This document shows, piece by piece, positions 27,535 through 37,728 of a stretch of 64,000 nucleotides of DNA. Under the pieces are notes generated by a model, which saw only the letters and a program-made list of their open reading frames with translations, did not search any database and had not been told where the DNA came from. A program made the position numbers and the translations under genes. This DNA is from Spirochaetales bacterium (lineage in GTDB: Bacteria > Spirochaetota > Spirochaetia > UBA9216). Location of the stretch: positions 40,042-104,041 of the forward strand of contig JAEINK010000007.1 in NCBI GenBank assembly GCA_016342585.1, in the 5' to 3' direction. Position 1 is the stretch's first letter. The number at the start of each line of letters is the position of its first letter.

Positions 27535-27574
27535 AAAACCCGCCGGATAGGGTTTCCTGTTTGGCGGGTTTTTA
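27535..27574. terminator. Terminator between htpG (+) and the threonine aldolase gene (-)
   Basis: 10-bp stem aaaacccgcc / ggcgggtttt with a long loop. T-run on the plus strand and a matching A-run for the minus strand. Confidence 0.6.
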
Positions 27575-27587
27575 CTATTTTAATGGT

Positions 27588-28619
27588 TTATAGTTTTAAT
27601 TCACGAATGATTTTGCATGCCTCATCGATCTCTTCATTTCTGACCGCAAGACTGGTAACCATCCTTATCTGTCTGGGGCCCATGGCTCCGACAATTATTC
27701 CCTTCTTTCCAAGGGCATCAACAATTTCCGGGGCTTTTCTTCCGGGCGTATCAAAATAGATAATATTAGTTTCTACAGTATCCAGGTCGATGTGCCCCCA
27801 GGAGGTTTCTGATATGACCATTGCCAGTTTTTTAGCGTTTTCATGATCCTCTATCAGACGGGTTATATTATTTTCAAGACCATATATCCCTGCCGCGGCA
27901 AGGATCCCCACTTGTCTCATTCCTCCACCAAGCATCTTCCTAACCCTTCGTGCCTCATTTATGAATGGGGTATCCCCACAGAGCATGGATCCTGCCGGAG
28001 CTCCCAATCCTTTTGAAAGGCAGAAGGTGAGGGAATCTACATAGGAGCAAATCTTTTTAACAGGTGTATTGGATGCCAGGGAAGCATTAAAAAGCCGGGC
28101 GCCATCCATATGGATAGGAATGCGGTTCTTTTTAGCAAAGTCCTGAAGGTCCTTCAGCTGATCCTTTGTATAACAGGTGCCCCCCTCTTTATTGTGGCTG
28201 TTTTCAATTTCGATCAAACCGACTCGAGGCATATCGTAGGCGCTTTCATCCCTCAGGTGGGATTCAAGATTCTTCGGGGTAAGGATACCCCGTTCCCCTT
28301 CTACCTGTATGGGTGTTACCCCGGCGATTGCTGCGCAGGAGGAGAGTTCATAATGGATAATATGGCTGTTTTTATGGGTCAGGACCTCTTTTCCTCTTCC
28401 CGCTAATATCATCAGAGGGATTAGATTTCCCATGGAGCCTGAAGAAACAAAGAGAGCATCTTTCTTACCGGTAATCTGGGCTGCTTTTTTCTGAAGTTCA
28501 TTTACGGTAGGATCTTCGGCATAAACATCATCACCGACTTCTGCGCGGGCCATTGCTTTTCTCATCTCTCTGGATGGTCTGGTTATTGTATCGCTTCGTA
28601 AATCAATTCGCGTTGTCAT
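27588..28619 (-). CDS. ltaE: Low-specificity L-threonine aldolase
   Basis: DLRSDTITRPSREMRKAMARAEVGDDVYAEDPTVNELQ and a PLP-fold type I pattern with SLTFCLSKGLGAP. Confidence 0.9.
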   Translation of the reverse strand: MTTRIDLRSDTITRPSREMRKAMARAEVGDDVYAEDPTVNELQKKAAQITGKKDALFVSSGSMGNLIPLMILAGRGKEVLTHKNSHIIHYELSSCAAIAGVTPIQVEGERGILTPKNLESHLRDESAYDMPRVGLIEIENSHNKEGGTCYTKDQLKDLQDFAKKNRIPIHMDGARLFNASLASNTPVKKICSYVDSLTFCLSKGLGAPAGSMLCGDTPFINEARRVRKMLGGGMRQVGILAAAGIYGLENNITRLIEDHENAKKLAMVISETSWGHIDLDTVETNIIYFDTPGRKAPEIVDALGKKGIIVGAMGPRQIRMVTSLAVRNEEIDEACKIIRELKL

Positions 28620-28782
28620 TTCTGTTTCCTCGTCTTACTGTTCTGGTTAGGATCTTACGGTCAGGGAGGGATAAAGTCAATTATACATTGGAGATACACA
28701 TAAAGTATTAATGCAAAAATCCTAAAACGGTTGTAAAATGTTTGTAGTGAAATAATTAATAATATTTAAGAGGCAGGACATT

Positions 28783-29943
28783 ATGAAAACGTACTTTGCC
28801 CCCGCGGAAAGGGCGGATAATGAGCAGTTTCAATATGAGCTGAAGCTCGTTTGTGAAAATCCTTTGATTTCCGGACTTTTAAATACTGTTGGTGGAGTTC
28901 TGGCTGTCCTTAATAATCATCGCCAGATTGTCTCTGTCAATAATGATTTTCTGAAAATGCTTGGTTTTGATGACCCGGAAAAATCTCTCGGGCTTCGTCC
29001 CGGAGAAGTCCTCGACTGTAATTACTCCAGTCTGGAGGAGGGGGGATGCGGTACCTCAAAATATTGCTCAACCTGCGGTGCTGCTCTTGCCATCGTCTCG
29101 GCTCTTAACAATGAGGTTCCCGAGAAACGAATCTGTGTGCTAAGCTGTAAACATGATGACAAAGACATCGATGTGGCCCTGCTTGTCAGAGCTCAACCTC
29201 TTAAAATCAATAATATAAAGCTGGTTCTTCTTTTTCTTCAGGATATTACAATTCAGCAGCAGAGGGCGGCTCTGGAGAGGACTTTTTTTCATGATATTCG
29301 AAATATTCTCAGCGGGATCATGGGTGCCAGTGAAATTCTTTCGACCACTGAAAACCGGGAGCGCCAGTTATCTCTTTCCAGGATGATCCACAATTCGGCC
29401 CTCCGGATGAATAAAGAGGTGGAGATACAGCGGTATTTATTGGTGAATGATGCTATTAATTATACACCAATATATGATCAGGTAAATTATTCCGATTTTA
29501 TTCAGGAGCTCCATAGCTATATTGCGGGCCATCCTTCAGCCGATACAAAAAAACTTACCTTCGACCCTCCCGAAAAAGAGATTACCTTTCGGACAGATAT
29601 TTCTCTCCTTATCCGGATAATTACCAATATGCTCACAAATGCACTTGAAGCCACTGATCAGGGGGGCGAAGTTCGACTTTGGGTTGAGGAGGAGAAGGAG
29701 AAGGAGAAGGATATACTTAGATTTTATGTCTGGAATAAAAGGGCTATCCCGGAAGAGATTAAGCTGCGAATTTTCCAAAGGAATTTTTCAACCAAGGATG
29801 GTGACGGTCGGGGGATTGGGACCTATTCAATGAAACTGTTTGGAGAGAAAATCCTTTGTGGTGATATATCCTTCACCTCTTCCGAAGAAGAAGGGACGGT
29901 TTTCTGTTTTTCAATTCCCGTGGATCGTTACAAGGGGATGTAA
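28783..29943 (+). CDS. Cytoplasmic sensor histidine kinase with a Cys-rich PAS-like input domain
   Basis: No TM helix. PAS-like LLNTVGGVLAVLNNHRQIVSVNNDFLKMLG...LLFLQDIT is interrupted by C-x13-C-x6-C-x2-C. H-box FFHDIRNIL. HATPase N and G boxes NMLTNALEA and GRGIGTYS. Confidence 0.8.
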   Translation: MKTYFAPAERADNEQFQYELKLVCENPLISGLLNTVGGVLAVLNNHRQIVSVNNDFLKMLGFDDPEKSLGLRPGEVLDCNYSSLEEGGCGTSKYCSTCGAALAIVSALNNEVPEKRICVLSCKHDDKDIDVALLVRAQPLKINNIKLVLLFLQDITIQQQRAALERTFFHDIRNILSGIMGASEILSTTENRERQLSLSRMIHNSALRMNKEVEIQRYLLVNDAINYTPIYDQVNYSDFIQELHSYIAGHPSADTKKLTFDPPEKEITFRTDISLLIRIITNMLTNALEATDQGGEVRLWVEEEKEKEKDILRFYVWNKRAIPEEIKLRIFQRNFSTKDGDGRGIGTYSMKLFGEKILCGDISFTSSEEEGTVFCFSIPVDRYKGM

Positions 29944-29973
29944 CGGACGATTGAGTTTTTGTTTCTTTTAGAT

Positions 29974-30786
29974 TTAGCCTAATGCGACATCGAGGGTCAT
30001 CATCACGGTAAAACCGATCATTGCTCCGATTGTCGCCACATCAGAATGTGTATCCCTCTGGCTCTCAGGAACCAGCTCTTCCACAACAACATAAATCATA
30101 GCACCGGCAGCAAAGGCCAGAGCATAGGGGAGTATTGGTCGGAATACAATTACAGCAATTGCTCCCAGAACTCCCGCAATAGGTTCAACGATACCCGAGG
30201 CCTGTCCATATAAAAATGCTTTTCGGCGTGAGAACCCTTCCCTTCTTAAGGGAACAGAAACCGAGGCTCCTTCGGGGAAGTTCTGTATGCCAATACCTAT
30301 GGCGAGGGCAACGGCCGCCGCTATTGATGCTGAAGGAATTCCCGCAGCAACAGCACCGAAAGCCACTCCTACTGCCAGTCCTTCAGGAATATTATGAATT
30401 GTTATCGCCATGACCAGGAGTATGCTTCTCTGCCAGCTTGTTTTTTTTCCCTCTGCATTTTCCATCTTCATTCCGGGGTGAAGGTGTGGAAGAGTTTTAT
30501 CAACGATGAAAAGCATTGCTCCCCCCATGAGGAACCCGACAGCGGCCGGAATCCAGGCAGATCCGCCCATTTCTTCGCTTAATTCTATGGCTGGTGCCAG
30601 GAGGGACCAGAATGAGGCCGCGATCATTACCCCGGCGGCAAAACCCATCATTCCATCAAGAACTTTCTTGTTTATACTTTTAAAGAAGAACACAACCGCG
30701 GCACCAAGGGCGGTAACAGCCCAGGTGAAAAGTGTTCCAATTAAGGCCTGAATTATGGGACTAAATTGTGATATCCATTGGATCAT
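29974..30786 (-). CDS. ZIP-family divalent metal transporter (ZupT-like)
   Basis: 8-TM profile with [10 protein letters not shown] and QNFPEGASV motifs. Confidence 0.85.
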   Translation of the reverse strand: MIQWISQFSPIIQALIGTLFTWAVTALGAAVVFFFKSINKKVLDGMMGFAAGVMIAASFWSLLAPAIELSEEMGGSAWIPAAVGFLMGGAMLFIVDKTLPHLHPGMKMENAEGKKTSWQRSILLVMAITIHNIPEGLAVGVAFGAVAAGIPSASIAAAVALAIGIGIQNFPEGASVSVPLRREGFSRRKAFLYGQASGIVEPIAGVLGAIAVIVFRPILPYALAFAAGAMIYVVVEELVPESQRDTHSDVATIGAMIGFTVMMTLDVALG

Positions 30787-30818
30787 TATCGGCTCCTATA
30801 TTAAATATTTATTATATA

Positions 30819-32714
30819 CTAATCAACTTTGAAGGATTTGACCAGTTTTTTTGTGGCAGAACTGATCTTATCTGTTTTCTCTGTTATAGAAAGCAGATTT
30901 TCAATGCTATACTTCATTTTGTCATTTTTGTCGGATATCTCTCCGCAATTTTTAAGAGATGTGGTGGAGTTTGCTTCCAGTTCTTTCAATGCCCTGAGCA
31001 TGGTTTCCCCGCCCCGGGAGATATTCCCTGTAATACTGTTCAGTTCGTCAGCAATTTCTTTTGTATCTGTTAGCTGGTCCAGCACGAGCTTATTGGCAAG
31101 GTCATGTTCGGTCATTGACTGGGAAATTGAATAAGCTTCATCATCAATTTCTGAAATACCAGTTCTCATTTCCTTGAAAATCTCACCGGTTTCCCGGGCA
31201 ACCGAAAGGGAAATCTCAATCTCTCCACTAATCTGTTTCAGATTTTCTGAACTTGTTTTCGTATGTATTGCTGTATTTTCAGCGAGCTTCCTGATCTCAT
31301 CGGCGACAACGGAGAACCCTTTTCCCGCCTCTCCCGCATGAGCCGCCTCGATAGCCGCATTCATGGCCAGGAGGTTTGTCTGGGCGGCAATCCCCGATAT
31401 GAGATTATTTATTTCCGAAAGGCTATTCGAGAATTCAGAGACTTTTGATACAGAAGATACGGTTTTGTCTATCTTGCTTTGTCCGCTAGTGAAGATCCCC
31501 TTGATCTTTTCGGTGTTTTCCTTCACATGGCTGGTCCTGGTCGTTACCTCGCTTATGGACGCAATCATCTCTTCAACAGCCGCCGATGATTCATTTACAG
31601 ACTTGGACTGCTCCACGACCTTTGTTACGATCTTACCAATGTTCTGAATCAGTTCATTTCCGGTTATCATTGATTCTTTTACCAGTTCATACTCTTTTTC
31701 GATTATACCGAAGAGAGACGAATTATAATTGGAGATTTCAGTTACACCCGAGGATGACTCGGAGATATTCTCAAAAAGCTTCTCCTGATAGGAGCTGAGT
31801 TCATTGAACATCGATTCAGTAGATTTAAGGTGATCACGAATAATATCACTAAAGACATTAATTCTACCGCTGAGAGTTGCAATTTCATCGACTGAACATA
31901 TGTTAATCCTCTTTGTCAGATCTTTTTCTCCGGAGATCATCTCCTCAAGTCTTCCATTCACAAGGGCATAGAGTAGCGCCGTGTTTCTGCTCCAGATTAA
32001 TACCAGCGAAATGACGATCCCAAGGTAAATAAGGAAGTAAGGTAGTGATGAAGATATAATTCCGGAAAGAACGGTATTTGGATCTGCCCCCTGACTCAGT
32101 AAATTCATGAGCTGAATAAAGGTGAGGAAAAAAGCGATCATTAGGGACATTATAGCCATGAAGGCAGGGATGATTATATTTTTACTTTTCTGTCTATTCG
32201 CCATAAGATCTTTTGGGTAAACATTGATGTTCAGGTTGTCAAAATGCCTTAAGATGAGACGATCAAGAAGGACATAGCTGAAACTTGCTGCCAGCATAGA
32301 AACGGAAAACATCAACAGAGAGAAGGATAAAATTAGCTCTGACGGAAGTTCATTGGTCCTGTTAATATAATAATTCAAGATGACATTCACAGCTATTGCT
32401 GATAATAAGAATATGAGAAGAGTTTTTAAGGGGGTTCCTCCAATCGTATCAAAGTATTTTTTATACTTCTCTGTTTCTTCCGGAGCCGGCACCGGACTTT
32501 TCGAATTGTTGAAGAGCTTGATTTTGGAAGCAAGCACCAGATTCAAAAAGAGAGCTCCTATGATTCCCAGGGGAAGAATAATTTTTATACTGTCAGTGAA
32601 ATTGATCCCGATAAGCATGTTTGATAAAAGTATACATACTAAGGTATAGGTAAATACCGGGATAGTAATTATTACTCGGAATTTGCTTGAATTCGTCATT
32701 GTTTCTCCATTCAT
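30819..32714 (-). CDS. Methyl-accepting chemotaxis protein
   Basis: Polytopic N-terminal membrane region, a HAMP-like segment and the conserved hairpin [34 protein letters not shown]. Confidence 0.92.
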   Translation of the reverse strand: MNGETMTNSSKFRVIITIPVFTYTLVCILLSNMLIGINFTDSIKIILPLGIIGALFLNLVLASKIKLFNNSKSPVPAPEETEKYKKYFDTIGGTPLKTLLIFLLSAIAVNVILNYYINRTNELPSELILSFSLLMFSVSMLAASFSYVLLDRLILRHFDNLNINVYPKDLMANRQKSKNIIIPAFMAIMSLMIAFFLTFIQLMNLLSQGADPNTVLSGIISSSLPYFLIYLGIVISLVLIWSRNTALLYALVNGRLEEMISGEKDLTKRINICSVDEIATLSGRINVFSDIIRDHLKSTESMFNELSSYQEKLFENISESSSGVTEISNYNSSLFGIIEKEYELVKESMITGNELIQNIGKIVTKVVEQSKSVNESSAAVEEMIASISEVTTRTSHVKENTEKIKGIFTSGQSKIDKTVSSVSKVSEFSNSLSEINNLISGIAAQTNLLAMNAAIEAAHAGEAGKGFSVVADEIRKLAENTAIHTKTSSENLKQISGEIEISLSVARETGEIFKEMRTGISEIDDEAYSISQSMTEHDLANKLVLDQLTDTKEIADELNSITGNISRGGETMLRALKELEANSTTSLKNCGEISDKNDKMKYSIENLLSITEKTDKISSATKKLVKSFKVD

Positions 32715-32824
32715 CTTTGGTCAAAAATAATTCGCATATTAATAATAATCTATTTTAAAAAAAAATGTAGAATATTCCCGAATAAATATTGGGATCTGCT
32801 CGCTTTCGAACTACTTTATTAATC

Positions 32825-33658
32825 ATGAAATATACAGGCGCTCACGTTTCAATTTCCGGCGGCTTATTCAAGGCTCCGGAGAACGCAAATAGGCTTGGTG
32901 CAACTGCTTTTGCCATGTTTACAAAGAATCAGCGGCAGTGGCTGACCAGGCCTTTAACAGAAGAGGATATCTCCGGGTTTAAGAACGCAATGGATGAATT
33001 CGGTTATAGGCCTTTTCAGGTCCTACCCCACGATGGATACCTGATTAATCTGGCCAATCCCGATGATGAAAAAAGGAAGAAATCCCTCGAGTCATTCATA
33101 GATGAATGTCGCCGATGTGAAGCCCTCGGGCTGACTGGTTTGAATTTCCATCCGGGGAGTCGGTTGGAGGGGGATGAAGAGTCCGGTTTAAAATTAATTG
33201 CGGACTCTCTTAAGACGGCAATTTCCGAGACAGAAAAAGTCAGGCTGATAATCGAAAACACAGCCGGTCAGGGTTCTGCTTTGGGTAATGACTTTAAACA
33301 TCTGGAGCGATTGATCGAACTTGTGGGTAAGGATGAAAGGATGGGGGTCTGTATTGATACCTGTCACTCCTGGGCTGCCGGTTATGATCTGAAAGAGGGA
33401 TTTGAAGATGTCTGGGATGAATTTGACCGGCTGATAGGGTTTAAATTCCTGAAAGGGATGCACCTGAATGATGCTAAAAAGCCTTTGAACAGCCGGGTGG
33501 ACCGGCATGCTCCCCTGGGAGAAGGAACAATGGGTTGGGGAGTTTTTGAAAAGATTATGGCGGATAAACGGTTTGACAATATCCCCCTGATCCTTGAGAC
33601 CCCGGAGCTGGAAAGATGGTCTGGAGAACTTCAGCGGTTGAATGAGGCCTTTAAGTAA
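32825..33658 (+). CDS. nfo: Endonuclease IV
   Basis: MKYTGAHVSISGG, NFHPGS, IENTAGQG, CIDTCH and HLNDAK metal-ligand blocks. I prefer the ATG at 32825 over the tracked TTG at 32789. Confidence 0.9.
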   Translation: MKYTGAHVSISGGLFKAPENANRLGATAFAMFTKNQRQWLTRPLTEEDISGFKNAMDEFGYRPFQVLPHDGYLINLANPDDEKRKKSLESFIDECRRCEALGLTGLNFHPGSRLEGDEESGLKLIADSLKTAISETEKVRLIIENTAGQGSALGNDFKHLERLIELVGKDERMGVCIDTCHSWAAGYDLKEGFEDVWDEFDRLIGFKFLKGMHLNDAKKPLNSRVDRHAPLGEGTMGWGVFEKIMADKRFDNIPLILETPELERWSGELQRLNEAFK

Positions 33659-33698
33659 TTCATGGATTAAGGTTCTATCAATATTAAGGAGTATTAAT

Positions 33699-35105
33699 GT
33701 GAAAATGTTTTTTAAACTGGTCTGTATGATTTCGATCTTCCTGCTATTTGCAGCCTGTGATCCCAATGGAACCGTGGATGGGGTGGATACCGGAATATCC
33801 GCAGCCCTTGTTTCCTTCCCCGATTCATTGAGCTCATCTACGGCTGGCAGGGACAGTGTGGATGTCAGTGATACGGTCATCACTCACCTCGCCTACTTAT
33901 ATAATCCTGTAAGAAACGAGTTCAACCTTATGGCCGAGAATGTTATTGAATTTATCCGGGACCTCCTGGATAGTGTTGAGATTAATGTATTGAATAATGA
34001 TGATTTTATGGCCTATCTGGCAGAGAATGATTCCTGGACGAATATTCCTTCTACGGGTACAAAGAGCGGTTATCTGATTGAAAAAGGTACTATTGAAGGG
34101 GATTACACCCTTGAATGCTGGGAAGATGATGCTCTTATTCTGTATCTTGAGTTCACAGAGGATGGGAATAATTTTGAAGGAACGGCCTGGGTTGCCGGGA
34201 CCGAAACCGATGATGGTATATATTATAGAGCCGATTTTAATACCGATGATGCTGAATATGGAAGTGTAACCGAGCTGTCGGCTCTTAATCTTTCACAGGA
34301 TGCTTCCGAAATGAACTCCCCCGATAGACTCTGGCTTAAGGCCTGGGAGAAGGATGGGAACTTTTATATAAACGCCAATATCCGTTACCTCAGGGCCGAC
34401 CTTGAGGATGATGATACCTTTTTTAAACAATATTTGATGACAGTTCTTAAGGGTAGCGAATGGAATAGGGGAGATGTTTTCGGTGGAAACTATATTTATC
34501 GCTGTGTGGCTAAAACGGATTTGGATCAGGGTGCCGTCTCACTTGCCCTTGTTCCTGAATCAATTACGACCACTGATGCGGATGATATTTTTACCGGGTA
34601 CAGCATTGGTGAAATGTATAAGAAGGCATTTTCTGCATGGTTTAATGCGACCGGTGGTGAGTATGAATCCGAGCCGGAAGAGGGCGGTTATGGACGGCTT
34701 ATTGATTTGATGACGACTAACAGCAGTGGACTGGATTTTACAGGATCGGAATTGAATACTCAAGGAAGTGTGGGGTTAAGTACAACGCTTCCCATGACTC
34801 TGACTGATGATCAGGTTTTTACCTATCTGGAAGATTTTCGTGCCTATCTCGCGGAATTCGTTACAACTAATAATTTGACCTGGGACCTCTCTGATTTTGA
34901 TGCCATCCTCTTTGCTCCCAATATAGATAACCCCGGCTACTTCACCTCCGATGGATTTGTCGGAACAGCCTCGGCGGATGCTCCCGACTGGTGTATCGAT
35001 TTTCCTGTTGCTTCGGGAGATATTTCCTATTCCGCGGCTGGAATAGCTGGTGATGTGACAACGGATGAATTTCTGGCGCTTTTTAATGAGATAATCCCGG
35101 ACTGA
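33699..35105 (+). CDS. Acidic lipoprotein of unknown function
   Basis: aaggag lies 7 nt before the GTG at 33699 (an ATG at 33705 is also possible). Signal peptide with lipobox LLFAAC. D/E/T-rich mature part with no recognised domain. Confidence 0.7.
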   Translation: MKMFFKLVCMISIFLLFAACDPNGTVDGVDTGISAALVSFPDSLSSSTAGRDSVDVSDTVITHLAYLYNPVRNEFNLMAENVIEFIRDLLDSVEINVLNNDDFMAYLAENDSWTNIPSTGTKSGYLIEKGTIEGDYTLECWEDDALILYLEFTEDGNNFEGTAWVAGTETDDGIYYRADFNTDDAEYGSVTELSALNLSQDASEMNSPDRLWLKAWEKDGNFYINANIRYLRADLEDDDTFFKQYLMTVLKGSEWNRGDVFGGNYIYRCVAKTDLDQGAVSLALVPESITTTDADDIFTGYSIGEMYKKAFSAWFNATGGEYESEPEEGGYGRLIDLMTTNSSGLDFTGSELNTQGSVGLSTTLPMTLTDDQVFTYLEDFRAYLAEFVTTNNLTWDLSDFDAILFAPNIDNPGYFTSDGFVGTASADAPDWCIDFPVASGDISYSAAGIAGDVTTDEFLALFNEIIPD

Positions 35106-35153
35106 TCTTTTTTATCTGGATAATCATGAGGATTTTATTTATTATACTGAACC

Positions 35154-35978
35154 ATGAGCACTAAGAAGATTAGGGAGATCTACTTCTCTCCCACAAATAC
35201 GGGGAGGATAATTGCGGATGCGTTTTCCTCCTCTTTTAATTTAATCCCCTCATCTTTGGATCTCACACGGGACAAAGGGATGGGGGAGCATACGGTTTTA
35301 GCGGACGAACTTGCGGTTTTCGCCTTACCTGTCTATGGCGGGAGACTCCCGGCCATTGCCGTGGAACGGATGAAGAGGGTTCATGGGACGGGTGGTCCCG
35401 CTGTTCTTCTGGTTCTCTATGGTAACCGCCATTATGATGATGCCCTCCTTGAGCTGAAAGACCTGGCAGAAGATCAGGGTTTCTCGGCAGTGGCCGGCGG
35501 GGCCTTCATTGGTGAGCACTCCTATTCGAACTCCACAGCCCCTGTTGCTGAAGGTCGTCCGGATAAGAAGGATCTCTCCCTTGCTGCAGAATTCGGAGTT
35601 TCTGTTCAAAAAAAGCTGGGGCTTTTATCATCCCCTGATGAACGAAAAGATTTGAAAGGGTTGAAAGTTTTTCAGCCCCCCGTAATACCGGGAAATTCAC
35701 CGTATAAAACATGGACCCCTCCGGAAGGGATTGCACCGGAAACAGCGGATACCACCTGTATCCTCTGCGGTAAATGTGTGGCTGCCTGTCCGGTGGATGC
35801 TGTTAAAATCGAAGCGGAGCAAGTAAAGACAGCTGCGGCAAGCTGCATTATGTGTAGTGGCTGTGTAAAATCCTGTGCCGTCGGTTCAAGAAGCTGGAAC
35901 GACCCTGATATTCAGAAGATCTCCGACTGGCTTGTGGCAACCTGCATATCCCGGCGGGAGCCGGAACTCTTTCTTTAA
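35154..35978 (+). CDS. Flavodoxin-like / 2x[4Fe-4S] ferredoxin-domain protein (EFR1-family-like)
   Basis: N-terminal flavodoxin-like fold. C-terminal CILCGKCVAACP and CIMCSGCVKSCA clusters. Confidence 0.6.
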   Translation: MSTKKIREIYFSPTNTGRIIADAFSSSFNLIPSSLDLTRDKGMGEHTVLADELAVFALPVYGGRLPAIAVERMKRVHGTGGPAVLLVLYGNRHYDDALLELKDLAEDQGFSAVAGGAFIGEHSYSNSTAPVAEGRPDKKDLSLAAEFGVSVQKKLGLLSSPDERKDLKGLKVFQPPVIPGNSPYKTWTPPEGIAPETADTTCILCGKCVAACPVDAVKIEAEQVKTAAASCIMCSGCVKSCAVGSRSWNDPDIQKISDWLVATCISRREPELFL

Positions 35979-36008
35979 TAAATCGGTGATGAAACCCCTG
36001 GTTCACTC

Positions 36009-36377
36009 CTACTCTTCCAAAGTGATAATCTTTGAATAGTCCGTTGCCGTGTCATTCTCAATAGTGATGATCTCTGTAGCATAGGGACCGCCATTTTCTG
36101 GACCATCAGCATCTTCGATTTTCAGCTGATAGGAAGAGAAAATGTCCATTTCCCAATCGGCCTGCCCCTGTTCATCGGTAGTCATTGAGGCAACAACACT
36201 GTCCTGATTTTTTATCAGGGTCAGTTCAATGTCTGGAATGGGTGTCTCTGTAGGATCCAGGATGGTGACACGTCCGGTTTTTGTCTGCATTGTATAAGCA
36301 ATACCATAACAGGCTGCAAGCAGGAGGGTGAAACTGCCTGTTGCGGCAGCTTTAAGAACATTCTTCATTTTTATCAT
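36009..36377 (-). CDS. Small lipoprotein, unknown function
   Basis: Signal peptide with lipobox LLLAAC. A mature domain of about 95 aa that looks like a beta-sandwich. Confidence 0.6.
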   Translation of the reverse strand: MIKMKNVLKAAATGSFTLLLAACYGIAYTMQTKTGRVTILDPTETPIPDIELTLIKNQDSVVASMTTDEQGQADWEMDIFSSYQLKIEDADGPENGGPYATEIITIENDTATDYSKIITLEE

Positions 36378-36453
36378 ATTTCGTTCTCCGTTCTTTTATA
36401 TTATAGCACAAACATATTATAATATCGGTAATTCATAAATAAGGATGCGGGCG

Positions 36454-37095
36454 ATGAGTAATATTAAAGGTTTCATATTCGATCTTGATGGTGTAATCAC
36501 CGATACTGCGGAATACCATTACCTGGCCTGGAAACGGCTGGCTGATGATGAAGGGGTTTCATTTTCGCGGGAGGATAATGACCAGCTGCGCGGGGTCTCC
36601 CGGGAGGCCTCTTTGAAACTGCTCCTGAAGGGTAAGGTTGTTACAGATGACCATTTTAAGGAGATGGCTGCCCGAAAGAACGCCTACTATGTTGATTATA
36701 TAAAGGGAATCTCCCCTGCGGATATGCTCCCGGGAGTACTGGATATTCTGAAGGAACTAAAAAGCAGGGGTATAAAGATCTCCCTTGGATCGGCTTCCAA
36801 GAATGCCCGGACGGTGATCAAAGGTCTTCAGGTGGGTGAATATTTTGATAATATCTCTGATGGCGGATCGGTAAAAAACGCCAAACCTGCACCGGATCTC
36901 TTCCTTCATGCGGCGAAAAATCTTGGTCTTAAACCGGAGGAGTGCATTGTTGTGGAGGATGCCCGGTCCGGGGTTGAAGCCGGCTTGGCCGCCGGTATGG
37001 TGGTCATTGGAATCGGTCCTGCCGAGCGGGTGGGGGAGGCTCAGTTCCGGTATGATGAACCGGGTGATATTGATCTTTCAAAGGTATTGGGCTGA
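36454..37095 (+). CDS. pgmB: Beta-phosphoglucomutase
   Basis: IKGFIFDLDGVITDTAEYHYLAWKRLADDEG, LRGVSREASL, GSASKNA, KPAPDLF and VEDARSGVEAGLAAGM. The ATG at 36454 sits 8 nt after aagga. Confidence 0.85.
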   Translation: MSNIKGFIFDLDGVITDTAEYHYLAWKRLADDEGVSFSREDNDQLRGVSREASLKLLLKGKVVTDDHFKEMAARKNAYYVDYIKGISPADMLPGVLDILKELKSRGIKISLGSASKNARTVIKGLQVGEYFDNISDGGSVKNAKPAPDLFLHAAKNLGLKPEECIVVEDARSGVEAGLAAGMVVIGIGPAERVGEAQFRYDEPGDIDLSKVLG

Positions 37096-37115
37096 TAGAA
37101 GCGCTTTCATAAAGC

Positions 37116-37721
37116 TCATTTGAATATTAAACCCATGAAGGTGACCGGGTGTCTCCTGGAAACCTTCAGGGTCTGAAATCCGGATCGTTCATAAAAACGG
37201 ATGGCTCCTTTATTTTCGGTACCTACCCCCAGGTGTACACCGGGGCATTCCGCCCCCTTCAGGTGTCCCAGCATCTCACCCATCATTTTCCCTCCAAGAC
37301 CCATCCCCTGATACTTCGGATGGATATCGATGTGAAGGTGGGCCGGGTACTCCCGGGAGATCCAGCCAGGGAGATTTTCCAGGTAGTGGAGTTTGTGAAA
37401 GCTCTCTTTCAGGTAGGCCCGACAGGTAAACTCAGATCGTCTTTTTTTCAGTTCCTCTTTAATCTCCCCTCTCATCCGTTTATGAAAAGCGGCTTTAAAC
37501 GCTTTGGAGTCGAGGGCAGAAAGGATGTAACCGACAGGCTGGTCCTTTTCATCCACCGCCACAAAACAGTTTTCGGCCTCATAACGGAGGTAGGGGATGG
37601 CCCACCTAAGGCCGGCTAGTCTGTGAAATCGTTCATCCCTTCCATCCCTGAAGGTGGCAAAGCAGACCTCGCCGACAGCCGCTTCATCGGCAGGGATTGT
37701 TTTTCGTATTTTTATTTCCAT
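37116..37721 (-). CDS. GNAT-family N-acetyltransferase
   Basis: QGMGLGGKMM (motif A) and AIRFYERSGF. The ATG at 37721 (MEIKIRK) avoids the 14-nt overlap that the tracked TTG start at 37742 would create. Confidence 0.75.
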   Translation of the reverse strand: MEIKIRKTIPADEAAVGEVCFATFRDGRDERFHRLAGLRWAIPYLRYEAENCFVAVDEKDQPVGYILSALDSKAFKAAFHKRMRGEIKEELKKRRSEFTCRAYLKESFHKLHYLENLPGWISREYPAHLHIDIHPKYQGMGLGGKMMGEMLGHLKGAECPGVHLGVGTENKGAIRFYERSGFQTLKVSRRHPVTFMGLIFK

Positions 37722-37728
37722 CCGATTT

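Noticed and set aside
29686-29710. GAG/AAG-rich microsatellite gaggaggagaaggagaaggagaagg inside the Cys-PAS kinase, considered as a phase-variation tract.
   Set aside because: The unit is a multiple of three and encodes EEEKEKEK in a surface loop of the ATPase domain. Slippage would stay in frame, and no homopolymer tract is present.
33194-33883. 229-aa minus-strand ORF.
   Set aside because: It is antisense to nfo, whose metal-ligand blocks are unambiguous.
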